This document shows positions 1-9,353 of a stretch of DNA of 64,000 nt, in pieces. The stretch's first letter is position 1. Each line of letters opens with the position of its first letter. A program made the translations under genes and the position numbers. The notes under the pieces were generated by a model. It had not been told where the DNA came from. It worked only from the letters and a program-made list of their open reading frames with translations, and ran no database searches. Source of the DNA: Candidatus Atabeyarchaeum deiterrae (GTDB lineage: Archaea; Asgardarchaeota; Atabeyarchaeia; Atabeyarchaeales; Atabeyarchaeaceae); the NCBI GenBank assembly GCA_037310415.1, contig CP147780.1:1-64000 (forward strand), given 5' to 3'.

Positions 1-600
1 GAAATGAGAAGGGAATGAGTATCAACAATGGTAGTTCTATTCCGATTAATTTTTGAGAGATCTCGCAGAGTGTAAGTGCACAAACTATCCCAATTGCTAG
101 ACACCCTATCTCCTTCAGAAACTCCTTGGATACTTGACAATAGAACTGAGTGCTATTGCCACGTCGCGTAGACTCGGTCTGCAACCTAAGACAAAGCTCG
201 CAGCAAGCCAACTTGTGAGCACAATGAACCAGAATGGAGCAGTTGCTGGAGATAGTGCGATAAGCAGACAAGCTAGAACCGTATTGACAAGTGTAGGCGC
301 GAATGCTATGAATAGTGGTTTGAAGAAAGAGTCTTCGATAGGTTCTGTAATGACATACCCTCCCATATTCCAGTACTTGTCGACTTCCAGCAAGCGAATT
401 CTCTCAACATTGATCCCCACGACCTTGCACATCAGGTAGTGGCTTACTTCATGGAGAACGATTCCTGGGGCGACGAGAATCATGAAAAGTGGTCTGAATG
501 GCTTGAAACGTCCCATCCTCATAATGACTGACGTTATCAGCGATGCTATTATGAAGACCGGCATCAGCACAATGACGGTTACCAAAGGATCATCGGTCAT
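1..600 (-). CDS. Membrane zinc metalloprotease-like protein (M50B/DUF3267-like), apparent frameshift near 115-120; runs off the window start
   Basis: GIVLHEVSH (HExxH) lies in a hydrophobic segment, with a later FAP motif. The ORF stops at 115, but a shifted frame continues as a hydrophobic tail (LKEIGCLAIGIVCALTLCEISQKLIGIELPLLILIPFSF) to the window edge. It overlaps the upstream gene by 4 nt. Confidence 0.65.
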
Positions 601-2279
601 GTTGAATCTGTCACCCCATAACCTCTGGGGCTATCACCCGCATCATCAGTCTGGTTGGTCTCAAAGGAATCATCCCGGTTGGGAACTGGTGATCGAATCT
701 TCGCGCCGAGAGATTCCTCGCCAACTGGCGGTGCAGCCGAGTCGATGACTTTCAGAAGCTCTTGCTCAAGTTGATATACATTAGTTGATCTCAATTCGTT
801 GACCATTCTACCGTCGCTGAAGACGAGGATCGAGGGGTAACTCTTGATTTTGCATTCTCTGGCTATGTCCTCAGACGAAGAACTGACAGAGATAAACGCG
901 GCCCGAGAGTGATATTTCATCACCAATTTTCGCATGAGGTTTTCGACTTCCCTCGAAGGCTCATCGTCGTCCACAAAAGAAGCTACCAAAGGTCTCTGAC
1001 CATGTGAGATAACTCTCCTGAAGTCGTTAACATCCTCGAACGCCAAAACTCTGCTCGGTGGATCATTCTCATCTGAGTTCAGTCTCGGTGGATCTTTCTC
1101 AATGCTGTACGTCACCTCTGATCCCCCTGATGGGAAGTTCAGTTCTCTTGCCAAATTGTCAAGCTCTTCACCAACCTTGGGAAGGTTGTCATGGTTCGTC
1201 TTAACAGTCTCACCCGTCTGACTGGCTATACCAAGCGCCTTCTTCGCCTCTATCAGATGGGTACCTACAAGTCCTAGGTCACGCAGTTCTTCATCAGCAG
1301 TCACATTAAGCAGGAATTCTATGGATTGAGATGGGTTCAGAGCGCCGTTCGATTTTCCGAGTTCAGGCTCATTAGTCTTCTTGAGCAAACGATTCACTTC
1401 GGTTGATGTGCGCATGCCCTGAGAGACGAAAGCTGACGAAGTGGGATTGAGTTGAGAGTCATTCTTCTTCAGGAAACTCTTCAGATAGCTGAATGAGTCA
1501 TGCAGGAGCGGACTTACTCTGTCACTTGCTATCTTGGCCTCTTCCTTTGAGGCGTCATGGCCTCTATTCACTCTCTCCCTTAGTTCCCGAAGGTTTTTTG
1601 TGTCTTCCAAGTTCATGCTTGGGAAGATCTTTCTTAGGGTTGGTATCCATTCTTCGGTTTTTCTTCCTCGTGTTTCCGCACCTATTGTCAGCAGCGCTCC
1701 ACTTATAGCACAGCTCACAGCGCGATCGAGTGTCAGAATGACCTCAGAGTACAACTCTTCGCTCTCCAGCTCTCTTGCTGTTGCGAGGAGATCTTTCACC
1801 TTGTTTGCCAACTCTTCAACCCTTTGGTGTCTCAGTTCCTTTTTCAGCCTGAACAATTCCATACCGCCATATTTCGCGAAGAGATATTCTAGTTCTTCTG
1901 GAGAGAATTCTCCCTCATTGGCAACCACAAGTTCTGGTGTTATCCTTTGAGAGCCTGGTGCCGGCGTCAAGATCATGTCTTTTCTGAGACACCGGTAAGT
2001 CATAAAAAGTCTCATTCCTCCGAGAAGTTCGACAAGAAGCGCTAGCCCGGCTCCGATCAGGGCGGCAAGAACACTCAGGCCAAAACCGAAAGCAAATATG
2101 AAAAAGGACCCAAACAGGATTAGTGAGGCGACCAGGGTAAGAAGTTTGAATCGTCTCAACTGTCTGCCGTAGTTGCTTAATCCTTGTGCACCATCAGACA
2201 GTTCTCTGCCTAGGATGCTCACTTCTTTGTCCCTGAAATCCAAGAATGATGCTAAGTGAGTTACTTGAACAATGTCCAT
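597..2279 (-). CDS. Membrane-anchored multidomain protein: 2 TM helices, HEPN-like helical region, C-terminal thioredoxin-like domain lacking CxxC
   Basis: Hydrophobic pair LLTLVASL...LLVELLGG. RERVNRGH resembles the HEPN Rx4-6H motif. PLVASFVDDDEPS...IKSYPSILVFSDG follows the Trx pattern with the cis-Pro but has no cysteine pair. ATG at 2279 chosen over the longer ORF. Confidence 0.6.
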   Translation of the reverse strand: MDIVQVTHLASFLDFRDKEVSILGRELSDGAQGLSNYGRQLRRFKLLTLVASLILFGSFFIFAFGFGLSVLAALIGAGLALLVELLGGMRLFMTYRCLRKDMILTPAPGSQRITPELVVANEGEFSPEELEYLFAKYGGMELFRLKKELRHQRVEELANKVKDLLATARELESEELYSEVILTLDRAVSCAISGALLTIGAETRGRKTEEWIPTLRKIFPSMNLEDTKNLRELRERVNRGHDASKEEAKIASDRVSPLLHDSFSYLKSFLKKNDSQLNPTSSAFVSQGMRTSTEVNRLLKKTNEPELGKSNGALNPSQSIEFLLNVTADEELRDLGLVGTHLIEAKKALGIASQTGETVKTNHDNLPKVGEELDNLARELNFPSGGSEVTYSIEKDPPRLNSDENDPPSRVLAFEDVNDFRRVISHGQRPLVASFVDDDEPSREVENLMRKLVMKYHSRAAFISVSSSSEDIARECKIKSYPSILVFSDGRMVNELRSTNVYQLEQELLKVIDSAAPPVGEESLGAKIRSPVPNRDDSFETNQTDDAGDSPRGYGVTDST

Positions 2280-2572
2280 GTCATGACCTTTCACTCTAGC
2301 CGGGATCGGGATGTAGGGTTTGGATTCATTTGACTCATCTTGTAACTTTGAAGTTGTCAGCAATACGGGGGTGATCCAGAGAAGAGGGCGAGTAAGCAGA
2401 CACAATGAAGGTAAGGTCGTGAGCTTGATAACCGTTGGGACACAGGATGAGAGATACTATCTTTCAGCAATATCAAAGGAGAAGAAGATGAGGGATGCAA
2501 TTTCAAGAATCAAGGAGAAGAAGACCATGAGAATAGAAGACTTCGTGTTTGGAACATCGGACAAAAAAGTAG

Positions 2573-3097
2573 GACAAAGAACCAGACGCAAGGACCCACG
2601 AGAAAAACGAGGACAAAGAGCGCAAGCGCGATACTAGGAATGGCTTCTACGAGGAGCTTTTTGTCGCCGACCTGAAGTTTGTCGAGCCTGCAAGAACGAT
2701 AATCGTAAACAGAAACGTAGAAGATGCGAACCTCACTAGGATACTCAAAGAGCGAGGTCTCAACTTGATCATAAGATCCACCAGAGGGGCAGACTACATT
2801 GTCGGGGATAACATTGGGATAATTTGCGTTGGGCGCAATGCGGCCACAGTGACTGAAGGAGATTACGCAAAACTATGTCAGAAGATCGATTTGCTCACAG
2901 AAACCTTTGCGATCCCTATACTACTCTATGAGAAGGGCTGTCGCGTTCAAATTGAACCTGTTAATAACGGTATTGATTCACTGTTGACAATGGCGGCATA
3001 CTTCACCATCGCCAAGCGTATCCACTTTCTCATACTGGACGACGAAGATGAGATAGGTCGCATGATTGACTGCATAGCAAAGATGCCTGTCGCCTGA
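2573..3097 (+). CDS. ERCC4/XPF-family nuclease-like domain, catalytically degenerate (ERCC1/FAAP24-like); 5' end unresolved
   Basis: The frame is open from 2573: TIIVNRNVEDANLTRILKERGLNLIIRSTRGADYIVGDNIGIICVGRN...PILLYEK. This matches the XPF fold pattern, but ERKxxxD is replaced by VGRN. No canonical in-frame start lies before 2765. Confidence 0.5.
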   Translation, partial: DKEPDARTHEKNEDKERKRDTRNGFYEELFVADLKFVEPARTIIVNRNVEDANLTRILKERGLNLIIRSTRGADYIVGDNIGIICVGRNAATVTEGDYAKLCQKIDLLTETFAIPILLYEKGCRVQIEPVNNGIDSLLTMAAYFTIAKRIHFLILDDEDEIGRMIDCIAKMPVA

Positions 3098-3297
3098 TCT
3101 TGATGGGGGAGGGGGGAGTGGTTCTGCACAACAAAACAAAGAAATTGGTTTGCGATTTCCGCATTATGTCATCCTAGGTGACAGCTGATGTTGGGTAGAT
3201 TTTTAACCATGTTTGATCATTCACAATATTGACCCCCGATATGCTTCATTATTCGTAAGCATATATAGCATCCTAGACAGTCACTTGAAAAGGGGTC

Positions 3298-3828
3298 GTG
3301 AAGAACAAAGGGAATGGGGTGTGCCACCTGACTGCAACAGATCCATCGTTTGGGAATACCGTTGACGATAAAATGTATTCAACTCAGATCACGGTGGACG
3401 GAGTCCTGTGTTACTATGATGATTACCGCAACAATGCAGAAGGATGCCCACCTGAGCCACTGCTTGTTACTGGTCTCCTCAGCGCTATGGCCGCGTTGGT
3501 AAGGGAGATAACGAGTCAAGGTTTATTGAGGAAGATAGAATCTCCACCAGTGAAGTTCTTCGCACTGCAGATCATGGAGACACCTCAGGTCATAGTTTCA
3601 ATGTTCACCGATATTTCTTTTCCCGACTATTTGTGTGACATTATCCTTGGAGACATTTCTCAGTTCTTCTTGGAGAAATATGTGGGTTCCCTGACTGATT
3701 GGTCGGGGGAGAACTTGACCGAGAAGCTCTCTCCACATATTAGAAAGATGATTGAAGAGGACGTTCAGAAGTACTCTACTGTTCAACCACAAACAAAAGG
3801 AATCGAAGTTCAAGGAACATTAGCTTAG
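3298..3828 (+). CDS. Asgard-type longin-like domain protein
   Basis: DGVLCY...LLVTGLLSAMAALVREI...FFLEKYVGSLTDWSG is the pattern typical of Asgard longin domains. The true start may be 3328 (CTG after GGGGTG) or 3373 (ATG). Confidence 0.6.
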   Translation: MKNKGNGVCHLTATDPSFGNTVDDKMYSTQITVDGVLCYYDDYRNNAEGCPPEPLLVTGLLSAMAALVREITSQGLLRKIESPPVKFFALQIMETPQVIVSMFTDISFPDYLCDIILGDISQFFLEKYVGSLTDWSGENLTEKLSPHIRKMIEEDVQKYSTVQPQTKGIEVQGTLA

Positions 3829-3859
3829 TGATTTGCGCTATGGCTTCCGAGCCAATCCT

Positions 3860-4654
3860 TCAGTGGTATTCGCTATTGAAGTAGTGTTCCAACATTGATT
3901 TTTCCCTTATCACATCTTCGAGATTGGGTAGTTCGATTGTCCACCACTTCACGCCACCCAAATTGCGCAAATAGTCAAGAGTTTCCTTGACTTCTTCGAG
4001 CTTTGTGAATGGGTGGTGCCTTCCCCCTTGTTCCTTAAGATAGACATGAGCCGACACGACTCTGCCTTCGATTATTCTGAGGAAATCCTTCGAGGACCTT
4101 TTCTGGTCGCTCGTCCAAGAACATGAATTCGCGTGTCCGAGATCGAAGGTAATCTTGGAGCCACATTCTTTCGCAAGCTCAAGTAGGCTTTGTGGTTCAG
4201 ATGATAAACCAAATCTCAGATTCTCTATGCAGAGGGTAATAGACTTGGCCTCCGCAAGTCCAACTAGTCTCTGCATGTCTTCGATGACGTTCTGTCTGGG
4301 GCACTCCTCTTCGTCAATTCCTGCGTGCACCACGAGGTAGTCTGCCTCTAATTCTTCAAGAAAATCTAGGTACATCTTGAGTGTGTTTATTGTGTTTCCT
4401 CTGATGAATTGGTTCGCCGACCCCAATGCTTGATCCAAGAAGGGGGAATGATAGAACAGTTTTAACTCATAGTGGTTCAGAACTTCTCTCAATTTGTCTC
4501 GGCTTCTTTTGGTGGCCGGAATAGGCTTCTCGTCACAATCTAATTCAACTGCGTCAAATCCTAAACCGAGAGCGAATCTCAGAACATCCTCGTAGCTCTT
4601 GGAGACCCATGAGCACATTGCGAGCTGTGGGCGTTCGGATGTCATGTATGGCAC
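3860..4654 (-). CDS. Sugar phosphate isomerase/epimerase (xylose isomerase-like TIM barrel, AP endonuclease 2 family)
   Basis: GFDAVEL, YHSPF, VVHAG, CIENL, TFDLGHAN, AHV and HHP metal-binding motifs. Confidence 0.85.
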   Translation of the reverse strand: MPYMTSERPQLAMCSWVSKSYEDVLRFALGLGFDAVELDCDEKPIPATKRSRDKLREVLNHYELKLFYHSPFLDQALGSANQFIRGNTINTLKMYLDFLEELEADYLVVHAGIDEEECPRQNVIEDMQRLVGLAEAKSITLCIENLRFGLSSEPQSLLELAKECGSKITFDLGHANSCSWTSDQKRSSKDFLRIIEGRVVSAHVYLKEQGGRHHPFTKLEEVKETLDYLRNLGGVKWWTIELPNLEDVIREKSMLEHYFNSEYH

Positions 4655-4795
4655 TTCCTAGTTGTTGGCTGATTAAATTCGACGTAATAGTCCTCGATTC
4701 TCTTGATTATTACTTGATGTTTTTCGGTTTCACCAAGAAGCGCGTTTAGTAATCAAAAGAGCTGAGAAAGAGAATGCAGGTTCCCCTTTTTGCGA

Positions 4796-5578
4796 TCAGC
4801 CGAAGTATTCGGGCGGCTTTGGTGGCTTTGCCAACTTGGATGGTTTGGATGGGTGTTTTGAGAGCTCGTCTTCTATTCTTCGAAGTTCTTCCTTCATCTT
4901 CTCTATTCTCTTGTCCAGTATCGAGATTGGAACGGGCAATTGGAGCTTATCCTTGATTACTTCGAGAAGGCATTTTGAGGCTGCTGGGTCCTCTGTTAGA
5001 AGAGGATAGGTGTCGGCTAGCAGGCAGGCTCCGCCTATCCCGTATCCAATGCTTGCGATAACAGGGGCTAACCCATTTATGCCCGAGATCGTTGCACCCT
5101 TGAACACCTTGACCACATTGTCTTTCGAGAACATGTCTACTAGTTCATCAGACGTCGCGGCAATCCAGACTTTTCTTTCCACCGGAACGTACCCACACAC
5201 ACTTGCGGCGAGTGAGATTAAGAGCTCCACTCTATATTGTTTACAGATGCTGGCTATATAGTCAGAGTATTCATATTGACCCACGTTGTCTGAAGGCTGG
5301 AAGTCACCTGTGAAGATGAGTGTATCGTGAGGTGACTCCTTTGTGTTTGAGAAATAGAGTTGACCGTGGCGTATTCGGGGGCGACCGTCCTTCCTGACCT
5401 CCGCGCTGGGTGGGCTATCAGTGCAGAATATCTCAGCAAGTTTGACAGCTTTGAGACCACGCGCCATCGCTACGGCTGCGATCCTGCCAACGTTAGCAAC
5501 TCCAGGCATTCCGACGACTGCCAAGGGTTTTCTTAAAGATGAATGATCGACTTTTCTTATCTCTTTCATGTGTATCAA
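4796..5578 (-). CDS. PAC2-family proteasome assembly chaperone
   Basis: VGMPGVANVGRIAA, GDFQP, GATISGINGL, ACLLADT, DPAAS and a C-terminal YFG (HbYX-like) tail. Confidence 0.85.
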   Translation of the reverse strand: MIHMKEIRKVDHSSLRKPLAVVGMPGVANVGRIAAVAMARGLKAVKLAEIFCTDSPPSAEVRKDGRPRIRHGQLYFSNTKESPHDTLIFTGDFQPSDNVGQYEYSDYIASICKQYRVELLISLAASVCGYVPVERKVWIAATSDELVDMFSKDNVVKVFKGATISGINGLAPVIASIGYGIGGACLLADTYPLLTEDPAASKCLLEVIKDKLQLPVPISILDKRIEKMKEELRRIEDELSKHPSKPSKLAKPPKPPEYFG

Positions 5579-5907
5579 TAGTGTCTGCGCCTCTTACAGC
5601 TGCTCGCCGATTCTTTGAAGTGGATCGGTTAGATGGGTGATCACGGGTTCTCTCTAGGTCTGTGACTTCCTTGCACTCCCAGTATCAGTACATAACCGCG
5701 AATGGAAGAGTAGTATTTGAATCAATCGGTGGAAAACCAGTGGCGACCTTCAGACATACAAACAGAGCCACTGGGCCGCTCACAGACACACAGATTGATC
5801 TCAAACTCTTATTCGTTGTATCAGCTGCAACAAGAACAAACGGACAAGCTAGTAGGATGGTTCAATCAGAAGTGTATGAAAAAGAAAGCCAGCTAGAAGG
5901 AAGAAAA

Positions 5908-6690
5908 CTACTTGGATTTCTTAGCCGGTGTATTCTTCTCTTTGGTGGACTCTCTTGAGAGTACCTGAACGCCTATCACTTTTCCACTGTTCAAAAGCAC
6001 TCTAAGTTGCCCATCGAGTGTGAAGTTGCCGTCAAGATCAGCCATTCTTTCGAGTCTAGTATGCTCCACCTGTTTCCCGAATACTGTTGTTTGAACCTGA
6101 ACATACTTGTAAAGAGCATCTTTTATGATCATTGCTTCGACACTGCACCCTTCTGGGGTTCCACCGAATTTCTCTGCTATGGAATTGGCATCCAAATTGG
6201 CCTGTTGATCTATATTTGTGGGTTGATCTTGCTGTCTTTGGCTTTGTAGAGAGACTTCGGGTTCAGGGTTTGAAGGACCATGTTCAAGCGCCACTGATTT
6301 TCGTACTACAACGGCTTCTGGGACGGATTGCCTTGCAGGGCGTGGCGAGGGAACGGGAGACGGCCGGTCTAGAAGTTTCACTACTTTGGAGGAACCTGGA
6401 GTAGTAATTGTTCTGAGAAAGTCTCTGAATTCGTTTGTCTCCTCTCCTTCATCTATTGAGCCTATGTTGTAACTTAGTCCCAACTCCCCTCTGATTGGAC
6501 CAGCTGCAAGTCTTGCTCCCACGAATCTTATTCTGATGCTGGAATCTTTGCCGTTGAAATTGTATATTTTTCTCTTAGTGTGGTCAATGAAGATCAAGAC
6601 GTTGCCCGGTGATATTGCGTCATTAATCTTGTCAGGGGTGACCTCTAATCTGCTACCATCTTCGCTAACCTGAAAAACCTCGAATTCCAT
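5908..6690 (-). CDS. Single gelsolin-domain protein with Pro-rich linker and C-terminal domain (Asgard 1DGelX-like actin regulator)
   Basis: ISPGNVLIFID...IYNFNGKDSSIRIRF...IDEGEETNEF matches a gelsolin repeat. It is followed by a PSPVPSPRP linker and a C-terminal beta domain ending RVLLNSGKVIGVQVL. Confidence 0.75.
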   Translation of the reverse strand: MEFEVFQVSEDGSRLEVTPDKINDAISPGNVLIFIDHTKRKIYNFNGKDSSIRIRFVGARLAAGPIRGELGLSYNIGSIDEGEETNEFRDFLRTITTPGSSKVVKLLDRPSPVPSPRPARQSVPEAVVVRKSVALEHGPSNPEPEVSLQSQRQQDQPTNIDQQANLDANSIAEKFGGTPEGCSVEAMIIKDALYKYVQVQTTVFGKQVEHTRLERMADLDGNFTLDGQLRVLLNSGKVIGVQVLSRESTKEKNTPAKKSK

Positions 6691-7015
6691 AGTCTACTAC
6701 CTCAACCCATTCCACGAACTGCAGTTTATTCTGAACTGGTCAGATAGTGTACTCTGATCGAGGATTCGTGATATAAACCGTTCGAATCTGTTGTAAACTT
6801 CGCAAGGAGTTGCGACATTTCTTGGAGCGAGATATGAAAAAACAGAGTCCGATTATGGGGAATCTGAAAAGTTCGCAATGGAAGATGCCTTCAAGTGACC
6901 GACCTTGGTTTAGTTCATAATGGGTTTATTAAGAGGCGGTTCAGTAGAACCTTCAGACCGATAATCCATGAGAGAGATATCTTGGTTGTCTCTCTGAGCT
7001 TCAGGGTGATTTGAG

Positions 7016-8890
7016 ATTACGCGAGTTTGCTTGGTTCGGACACCTGTCGACATTCGGCTGTTATACCCTCCAATAGGTATGGCGTATATTACGAGTTACT
7101 TGAAAAGCGCTTCATATGAGGTTAAGCAGCTTGACTTAGCTGCCAACGAGAAGCTTGACCTAAGATCTAAACTGGGTTTAGCGGAATGTTCGAGAACCGG
7201 CAGTGTGATGCTGAAGATTCTCTTCAAGGATGAATTCCCAGTTTCCCCAGAAGAGATTCACAAGGATCTTATGACTCCAGAAGTAAAGCACGTATCAGTC
7301 CTTCCTTCAGACTTCAGCGCAGAGGACGCTAGCAGTGTTCTTCGATTATTTTCAGCGCTCACCGAGCGCTGTGTCAATAGAATCAAGCAGATGAATGCGG
7401 ATGTTGTTGGGTTCCATGTGACTTGGGATTCGACTCTGCTCAGTCTACTCACAGCCAAAATGTTGAAAGAGGTTGACAAGGATCTCCTTATCGTTTTCGG
7501 TGGACCCGACTGCTCAAGAACATTCAGGGGAAAATTGATCGCGCATCTTGGTTTCGTCGATGTGGTTGCAACTGGCGAGGGAGAAAAAATCTTCGCAGAT
7601 TTGCTGAGCCAAAGGGGGAATAGTAGTGGAATCTTGAGGAAGGTCAAAGGTTGTATCGTCAACGTCAAGGGCAAAGGAGTTGCAGACTACGGTGAGCCTG
7701 AGTTGATATCGAACCTAGACTTACTTCCATTTCCTGACTACACTGATCTTCCGCTAAGAAGCTACACCGGATTCTATGCTTTGCCCATATTGACTTCGAG
7801 AGGATGCAGATATAACTGCACTTTCTGCGTTGATAGAGCCGCAGTGTGGCACGGGACATACAGGGAGAGAAGCATTAGCAATGTTACTAAAGAGATTATT
7901 CATCTCCACAGCAAATACGGAGTCAAAACACTATACTTCTGTGACTCCTCCTTGAATCCAACTCTTCAAAGGATAGTAACACTGTGCGACGGACTCGCCA
8001 GGGCGAAAGAAGAAATCGGGAAGGAACTCACTTGGGGTGGTGACATAAGAGCCTCACCTCTAGCCCGCGACACGCTGAGGAGAATGTACGAGGTTGGCTG
8101 TAGATTCCTGATGTTCGGAGCTGAATCAGCAAGTGAAACCATTCTGAGGAGCATGGGAAAAGGAGTCACTTCCAGTAAAATGGCGCAGACGTTCAAATGG
8201 GCCAAAGAAGCGGGGATATGGGTCTTCACCTATTGGATTGTTGGGTACCCTGGTGAGACAGGAGAGGATTTACTTCGGTCAATGAGGTTCCTTGTCGAAA
8301 ACAGCTCAAACATTGATGAGGCATGCATAGCACCATGTGAGGTTGGATATGGATCAGGGCTATATGAAAAGAAGGTAGCTCTGAAAATCAAGTTTCTAAG
8401 AAGCTCGATTCATCTAAGGCAAGAGTTGAAGAACCTTGAAAAGTACTCAAAGGGTTACAAGGCGTGGAGTGACGAATCTGCCAGTAACACTCCGATGGAG
8501 AGACTGTACCGCAGAATGATTTTCGAAGCAGTCGCCAGATCACTTGGTTACCCAAGCAATTGGGCAATATGGCCGCCGATGCCACCCATCGACAGGCTTG
8601 GAACTGACGACATACCTTTCGCCGATGAGTATACTATCCACAGAATAGAGGGCATGGAGAAAGGGGAGGAGATCTACGTCGTACCAAAGTCAACAATGGA
8701 ACCCACAAAAGTAGGCCCTCTGCAACTTCAAGTACTCAGACTATCTGATGGGAGTAGAAGCGTCAAGGAGATCTCAAAAGCGATCCATGATACAATAAGA
8801 ACCGACGAGTCTCAGGACACTACCCTCGAAGAATGCTCAAGGATCCTGGCTGAAATGGTCAGAAGAGAAATCATAAGAACTCAAGTATAA
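7016..8890 (+). CDS. B12-binding (class B) radical SAM enzyme with C-terminal PqqD/RRE-like domain
   Basis: PPIGMAYI, VFGGP, TGEGE, TSRGCRYNCTFC (CxxxCxxC), FGAES, IVGYPGET. The C-terminus QVLRLSDGSRSVKEIS...LAEMVRREII is PqqD-like. Start is uncertain (ATT 7016 or TTG 7031). Confidence 0.85.
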   Translation: MTRVCLVRTPVDIRLLYPPIGMAYITSYLKSASYEVKQLDLAANEKLDLRSKLGLAECSRTGSVMLKILFKDEFPVSPEEIHKDLMTPEVKHVSVLPSDFSAEDASSVLRLFSALTERCVNRIKQMNADVVGFHVTWDSTLLSLLTAKMLKEVDKDLLIVFGGPDCSRTFRGKLIAHLGFVDVVATGEGEKIFADLLSQRGNSSGILRKVKGCIVNVKGKGVADYGEPELISNLDLLPFPDYTDLPLRSYTGFYALPILTSRGCRYNCTFCVDRAAVWHGTYRERSISNVTKEIIHLHSKYGVKTLYFCDSSLNPTLQRIVTLCDGLARAKEEIGKELTWGGDIRASPLARDTLRRMYEVGCRFLMFGAESASETILRSMGKGVTSSKMAQTFKWAKEAGIWVFTYWIVGYPGETGEDLLRSMRFLVENSSNIDEACIAPCEVGYGSGLYEKKVALKIKFLRSSIHLRQELKNLEKYSKGYKAWSDESASNTPMERLYRRMIFEAVARSLGYPSNWAIWPPMPPIDRLGTDDIPFADEYTIHRIEGMEKGEEIYVVPKSTMEPTKVGPLQLQVLRLSDGSRSVKEISKAIHDTIRTDESQDTTLEECSRILAEMVRREIIRTQV

Positions 8891-9101
8891 GCATAAAACA
8901 GAAATACGAAATCATGGAACCACTCTCCTTCCGGGATGAGTATGCTGGAAAATCGAAAAAGATAAGTGAGTGGCGCCAATCTCACCATTCCTAGAGTTTG
9001 GGTTCTAAGTGGCAGGCGGGAATCGCCGCGACAAGTTACAAGTTACGTGGAGGGATGCTGAATCACGACCAAAGGAAAAGAAGGATTCAGACTCGGACGT
9101 A

Positions 9102-9353
9102 ATGAAGTGTCCATTTTGCGGACGAGAACTTCAGGAGGGGTACTTGACCGCTCCTCGGGGGCTTCATTGTGACATAAAGGAACACAAAATTCAGTGGCCG
9201 TTAAAGAATATTCATACCTTACGATGTCCAGAATGTGATGTCTTCATGTTCAGAGGACCACCACTGAAGAAATGCGCCATGTGTGGATGCGACATACCGA
9301 CAGATGAAGAAGAGTGCGAGTCCTGTGGAGCGCCCCAACAAGACAGATGGTAA
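9102..9353 (+). CDS. Small multi-zinc-ribbon protein (DUF6487-like plus second ribbon)
   Basis: MKCPFCG...EGY...RCPEC...CAMCG...CESCG, i.e. four CxxC pairs. Confidence 0.7.
   Translation: MKCPFCGRELQEGYLTAPRGLHCDIKEHKIQWPLKNIHTLRCPECDVFMFRGPPLKKCAMCGCDIPTDEEECESCGAPQQDRW

Noticed and set aside
5594-5693. Minus-strand ATG-TAC-TGA-TAC-TGG-GAG-TGC as a selenoprotein start
   Set aside because: The rest of the frame is not protein-like and no SECIS-like element is visible.
5662-5958. 98-aa plus-strand ORF between the PAC2 and gelsolin genes
   Set aside because: No motif or SD, and it overlaps the convergent gelsolin gene.
6834-6920. 28-codon ORF as RiPP precursor for the radical SAM enzyme
   Set aside because: Weak SD, no leader/core character, and it lies upstream of the apparent TATA box of the enzyme gene.
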